A stretch of DNA of 11,239 nucleotides from Oligoflexales bacterium (GTDB lineage Bacteria; Bdellovibrionota_B; Oligoflexia; Oligoflexales; Bog-1112), in contig JBGCDR010000063.1 in the NCBI GenBank assembly GCA_045105515.1, positions 1 through 11,239 of the forward strand. The letters are read 5' to 3'. The notes beneath the pieces are model-generated. The model saw only the letters and a program-made list of their open reading frames with translations, was not told the origin of the DNA and ran no database searches. Of this stretch, positions 6,921 to 11,239 are shown piece after piece; within the stretch, counting starts at the first letter, position 1, and the number at the start of each line of letters is the position of its first letter. A program made the position numbers and the translations under genes.

Positions 6921-8945
6921 ATGGTTTATTTCTCAAGGGTTCTTCTCTATACGATAGTAATTTTATTTTCAGGTACCTCTTTGGGAGCATATATTCGCTA
7001 TGGTGGTTTTAGTATCGAAAACATTCAATTTCAGAAAAAAAAATTTAAGACAGACACCAATAAAAAATTGAAAAAAAATGATCCATCCAATTGTATTGGA
7101 ATCATGGAAATATCTCCTTATCTTGATAAAAAGGTTTTTTATAGCCAAGAGGAATTTGTTTTTCTTATAAGGAATAAACCAGCCATTGCCAAACATTTTA
7201 GTAAAAAACTAGGGATAAATTCATTAGATTTTTCTCATTACCTAATGAAAGGGTCATCTCGACAAGATAGTTGTATTTCCCTGGAAGATTTTGCTGGATA
7301 TATAGGTGCTAAACCTAATCCATCGATCAAGGCAGTACGAATTTTAAGAAAAATTAGAGATAAAGGGCAAGCATATTTTGCTTTGATTAAAGGTGGGTCC
7401 CATGAGGAGGTGTTTAGCTGGTCGGGGTATGTTTTTGATCAGTTTATTATTAGAGATTATTCCGATGCGCTTGAAGATTCTGAAAAAGATTGGAATGGAG
7501 GATATAGCTATACTTCAATAATTCAAGAAAACAATATTGACCGAGTATTAAAAATAGCACAGCGTTTTATAAGTTTTTATGAAAGTCTTGGTCGATTAGA
7601 AAAATCCCGCGGTAATACAAGTTCAAGTTCGATGAATTTCAAAAAAAATCATCCTATAATAGACTTTATGCGTTTTGCTCGGGATGAAGTAAGCAATAAA
7701 AGCTTGTCTAGTCAATTGGTTTTAGTTGAAAAGCTAAAATATCCGAATTCTCTAAATAGATCTTATTCTTGGAGTGAGAAGCAACTTGTTACTTTACTTG
7801 TGCAGGGAGGTAAAGCAAATCAAAAAGAAGATTTTTTACATAGCCTAGCCGCATTTGAAAAAAAAAATAGAAAAAAAATGGAGAAAATGCATGTAATTCA
7901 TAGAAACAATATGACTAAAATTCCAAATAAAATAAATGGAATTAGTCGTACTATGGGGGAGTATATGATTCTCCTTAAAAAAATTGATAGCGGTGTTGGA
8001 ACCAAAAAAGAAAAACGTCGATTTCAAGAATTAAGATCTGAGATTGAATTTGGAATTAGGCCTAATGAAAAAAGCAAACCCGGAAAAATAAGACATAGTA
8101 TCAAGAAATTTTTAAGATTTTATAGCTACTATGGAACCGATACCATTGTAGATAAATATATGGATTACTCTTTTAATCTCAATATTAGACAGATGCAACC
8201 AATGGGAAAGAAACGCTATCTTGCCTACCGTTTAGCAAAAGGGGGTGATGGTTTTTTTGTTCTCACCACTTCAATTTTGGGGGCAACTTTAATCCCTTTC
8301 ACTGGCGGACTTTCATTATTGGTAGCGAATGTTGTTAATGTTGGTACAACCGGATTTTTTTCAGTTTTGACTTCCTTTACTCGCAATGAGCCCGTAGATT
8401 CACATTTTTATAGATTAAGCATGAGATCCATTCATACTTTTATCGAAGGTTTTGTTCCAATTTGGACAGAGTTCAATGGTTTTTTTACTGCTATTGATGA
8501 TCTAAGAGTGGCAACAAGTATAGATCAGCATCTATCAAATTGGTTTAGGAGAAAAAGTGCAGTTATCAAGGTTAGGCCAGAATCCCTAGGTAGGCCTTTT
8601 ATACTATCCCTCTTAAGAGAACGCTATAATTTTGTCGCGTTTGGTCTATTGCCCAAGGCTAAATTTCTTTATCTTTGTGGCAGCTATAATAAAGATCAAG
8701 AACAGTTTTTCAAATCCACCCTTAAATCTCTAACAAATGCAAAGGTTTATCTTGCTAAATCACTGCAGAAATCAGCAATGCGTTATGAATATCTCCTTGA
8801 TTATGGCAAAGTACCAGACCATATGATTTATGATGTTTCAAGGCATTTAAAACACTACCAACACTATGAAACTAAATATAGAACTCGGCCATACTCTAGT
8901 GAAAATATACTCAAGGCTGTAATTTCTGGACAAGGGAGCATATAG
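6921..8945 (+). CDS. Hypothetical exported protein, 674 aa, Lys-rich, with an internal Gly-rich hydrophobic segment
   Basis: Long uninterrupted ORF in AT-rich DNA; signal-peptide-like N-terminus (MVYFSRVLLYTIVILFSGTSLGA); hydrophobic stretch at about aa 441-486. No recognisable catalytic motif. Confidence 0.8.
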   Translation: MVYFSRVLLYTIVILFSGTSLGAYIRYGGFSIENIQFQKKKFKTDTNKKLKKNDPSNCIGIMEISPYLDKKVFYSQEEFVFLIRNKPAIAKHFSKKLGINSLDFSHYLMKGSSRQDSCISLEDFAGYIGAKPNPSIKAVRILRKIRDKGQAYFALIKGGSHEEVFSWSGYVFDQFIIRDYSDALEDSEKDWNGGYSYTSIIQENNIDRVLKIAQRFISFYESLGRLEKSRGNTSSSSMNFKKNHPIIDFMRFARDEVSNKSLSSQLVLVEKLKYPNSLNRSYSWSEKQLVTLLVQGGKANQKEDFLHSLAAFEKKNRKKMEKMHVIHRNNMTKIPNKINGISRTMGEYMILLKKIDSGVGTKKEKRRFQELRSEIEFGIRPNEKSKPGKIRHSIKKFLRFYSYYGTDTIVDKYMDYSFNLNIRQMQPMGKKRYLAYRLAKGGDGFFVLTTSILGATLIPFTGGLSLLVANVVNVGTTGFFSVLTSFTRNEPVDSHFYRLSMRSIHTFIEGFVPIWTEFNGFFTAIDDLRVATSIDQHLSNWFRRKSAVIKVRPESLGRPFILSLLRERYNFVAFGLLPKAKFLYLCGSYNKDQEQFFKSTLKSLTNAKVYLAKSLQKSAMRYEYLLDYGKVPDHMIYDVSRHLKHYQHYETKYRTRPYSSENILKAVISGQGSI

Positions 8946-8996
8946 GAATTACTTTATGTAACTTCATTGTCACGATAATTACTCTGGAATGGTCTT

Positions 8997-9593
8997 ATGG
9001 CTTACTATGAAATCGAACAATCAGTAGAAAGCACTATCGAAGTTAAAAAATCTAAATTTTATACCCACCTTATTCCTTATTCAATGTTTGTTCCTGAGCT
9101 TTCTGTAATGAAAGAACGTTATTCAAAGGCTAATCATTTTGTCTATGCATATCGTTTTTTGAACGACTTTGATCAGGTAGTAGAAAATCAGAGTGATGAT
9201 GGTGAACCTAAGGGCAGCAGCGGCAAGCCTACTCTCAGCGTACTTGCTGGGAAGCAATTAATTAATACTGCCGCTATAACCGCAAGGGTATTTGGTGGAG
9301 TCAAATTGGGAGTTGGTGGCTTAGTTCGTGCTTATAGTGAAAGTGTGAAGCAGTCGGTAGCGTTATCCAATCTCATTAATTACAGAAAAATGCTAGAAAT
9401 GAAATTGGAAAGTAGCTATTCAGATTTAGATAGGTTGAAAAGAATCTTGAGTTCATTTGGCTCTGAAATTATTACCACAGAATTTCAGGCGGAGTCTGTA
9501 AGTTTAGTAATAAAGATACAAGTAGATTTTGTATCAAAGCTAAATAATCAAGTGAATGAACTCATGTATGTTCGTTTTGATAGCTCTAAGTGA
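8997..9593 (+). CDS. yigZ: IMPACT/YigZ family protein (UPF0029)
   Basis: IEVKKSKF, ANHFVYAYR, SDDGEPKGSSGKP, RVFGGVKLGVGGLVRAYS; typical ~200 aa length with a C-terminal ferredoxin-like domain region. Confidence 0.95.
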   Translation: MAYYEIEQSVESTIEVKKSKFYTHLIPYSMFVPELSVMKERYSKANHFVYAYRFLNDFDQVVENQSDDGEPKGSSGKPTLSVLAGKQLINTAAITARVFGGVKLGVGGLVRAYSESVKQSVALSNLINYRKMLEMKLESSYSDLDRLKRILSSFGSEIITTEFQAESVSLVIKIQVDFVSKLNNQVNELMYVRFDSSK

Positions 9594-9725
9594 AGCTCTC
9601 ATTAATTGTCTGAAGTCATGAATAGAAGTTATTTATTCTTTATTAGTTCCTGAGCGATCTAAAAATAGAAGCCTATAAGGACTATCGATATCTTCAAAAG
9701 AAATTTTGATCTTAAATTTGGCTGA

Positions 9726-9765
9726 AAACTAGGTCTAAAATCCCTAGGGCTCAAACTAGGACTAA
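9726..9765. repeat. Short imperfect direct repeats with a CTAGGnCT core (3 units)
   Basis: AAACTAGGTCTAA (9726-9738), CCCTAGGGCTCA (9742-9753), AAACTAGGACTAA (9753-9765); the outer copies match at 12 of 13 positions. Confidence 0.5.
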
Positions 9766-10009
9766 TTCAACAGCCTTGAGGCAAAAAATGAGTTCCAATT
9801 CCATCAAACTATATTGAAATGCGATCTCTCCTATGTCTTTAATTCTGCAGCGTGTAAATCCTATCCAAAATAGGGGCGTGCGATTTAAGAAAGCCACCTT
9901 TTTTGATGTCTCTCGCAAAATTTCTCAGCTTTGACATTTTGTGGTTGAACCTTTTACTGCAGAGACCATATGAAAATCAAAACTAGAGAGCAGTGAATAC
10001 TATTTTTCC

Positions 10010-10930
10010 CTATTCTGACTCGTCTTTTACATTTCTACGATCCAGAATTTTCGTGATTTTATTCAACTCAGTTAGCCAGGGATCAAAGAAGTGGCGTGAT
10101 TGATCTTCTAGATTGCCAAAATACTTTTTTTGTGAGCTAAAATTGACCCAAGACTCAGGTGAACTAAAAATGTTTTTTTTCGGATCATTTGCCATCTGGT
10201 CAATACTAGCAGAGTAGGAATTTTCTACAATATTATCGAAGTTTTCAAAAAAATATTGATAAGAAATTTTTTGAGCAAAATTGAAGGCGGCTCGACCTAT
10301 TTCCTCGGAACTTTTACCATTTTTTTCGGCATCTATGACAAATTCCCTAACGGCCCTCCTGGCAGTAGCCCTAACAATACTTGCAGAAGATCTAGCAAAA
10401 TGTAGAGCATAATTTCTAGCCTCACTCCAACGAGAATCCCATCCAGCATCCATTGCAGCATTTTCGGAGTAATTTAAGATTTCGTCCCAGGGGTTATCAC
10501 GACCGTAATCCCCAGCAGAACGCAAAGAGTCACCATGCGGGATAGCCCATTGAACAGCCTCCCAGGAGATTTCCAAGGCCGCATTATTATAAGCTCTCAT
10601 AACAAATAATAAACTATATGCATGTTTAGTTAAGTCTTCCTTTGAATTTAAAGCCTGAATTTTTTCTTCCGAAAAATTATGAACCTTTACTGCAACGGAA
10701 TTAGATATTTCTTGGAAGTAATCGGGCTCAAAATCAAACATTCCAGACTTGATGGTATCATCAGGCAGTGCACTTAAACTGATCAAATTTTTCATCTGAA
10801 ATTTATTTTCTGCTCTCATTTGACCTGTTTGTTTTTCAAAACTAACATTTGTTGTGGGTAAAAAACTATGTGAAATATGAAAATAATTTGGGACTAATAA
10901 TGAAAACATCAGCATTTTTGTTCCGAACAT
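10010..10930 (-). CDS. Hypothetical, probably exported, protein (~306 aa) with an Ala/Trp/Arg-rich central helical segment
   Basis: Long ORF. The start is placed at ATG 10930 (GAAAGG RBS-like sequence 7 nt upstream) rather than the TTG at 10972. The N-terminus MFGTKMLMFSLLVP is weakly signal-like. No known motif. Confidence 0.75.
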   Translation of the reverse strand: MFGTKMLMFSLLVPNYFHISHSFLPTTNVSFEKQTGQMRAENKFQMKNLISLSALPDDTIKSGMFDFEPDYFQEISNSVAVKVHNFSEEKIQALNSKEDLTKHAYSLLFVMRAYNNAALEISWEAVQWAIPHGDSLRSAGDYGRDNPWDEILNYSENAAMDAGWDSRWSEARNYALHFARSSASIVRATARRAVREFVIDAEKNGKSSEEIGRAAFNFAQKISYQYFFENFDNIVENSYSASIDQMANDPKKNIFSSPESWVNFSSQKKYFGNLEDQSRHFFDPWLTELNKITKILDRRNVKDESE

Positions 10931-11239
10931 TTGTGTACCTTTCAATGACAACTTGAAACTTGGTAGGTCCAAAATATATTGAATAAATCTTTAAATCACC
11001 AGAAAAATATAAGCAACAAAAAACTGAGATATTTATGTATGAGATACCTCAGATAGGAGGTAGAAAAACACTAATGATCCATGAAATACTGATTCATTAA
11101 ATTAGAGTTGTCTAATTTTTTAACCAGCTAATATTATTATTTTATATGATTATTATGTAAATATTGATAAGCTGATCCCAAACGTAATTCTGGGAGGGCT
11201 TGATATGTTTATTTTCATGTTACCGGAAAGACAAGTGAA

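Noticed and set aside
7035..7867. A8-A10 tracts in the 674-aa gene as phase-variation sites
   Set aside because: All are in frame and explained by Lys codons in AT-rich DNA; no evidence of length variation from a single sequence.
6643..8027. ORFs 6643-6990, 6969-7196 and 7845-8027
   Set aside because: Overlap tpm out of frame or lie antisense to the 674-aa gene; low-complexity translations of AT-rich DNA.
8320..8327. TGGTAGCG match to the tRNA 3' end as a possible att duplicate
   Set aside because: Only 8 bp, inside a CDS, on the wrong side of the tRNA, and no integrase is present; consistent with chance.
9726..9765. CTAGG repeats as a CRISPR mini-array
   Set aside because: Units are 12-13 bp with essentially no spacers, and there are no cas genes.
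9931..9960. Perfect TTGACA on the + strand as a promoter
   Set aside because: No credible -10 at 16-18 nt spacing and no + strand gene downstream.

Overview
AT-rich bacterial window with no core-operon context; the lineage cannot be assigned from sequence alone. From left to right: (1) a convergent two-component pair, a CHASE-domain sensor histidine kinase (110-1903, +) and a stand-alone receiver gene broken by a 1-bp frameshift (1905-2287, +); (2) an initiator tRNA-fMet(CAT) on the minus strand (2312-2388) that the ORF track does not show; (3) a minus-strand run of three small-molecule-modifying enzymes leading into that tRNA: thiopurine S-methyltransferase, cytochrome P450 and a NodU/CmcH/TobZ-type carbamoyltransferase, with no scaffold-forming synthase in the window; (4) a divergent 674-aa signal-peptide protein of unknown function with an internal Gly-rich hydrophobic segment, followed by yigZ; (5) a ~415-bp intergenic gap with short CTAGG repeats and a possible small ORF; (6) a ~306-aa probably exported hypothetical protein with degenerate 4-residue Ala/Trp periodicity. 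The best candidate for a new system is the 'tailoring-only' P450 + carbamoyltransferase (+/- methyltransferase) cassette. Its function, and any link to the neighbouring CHASE sensor, is inference only. No CRISPR array, transposase or integrase was found.
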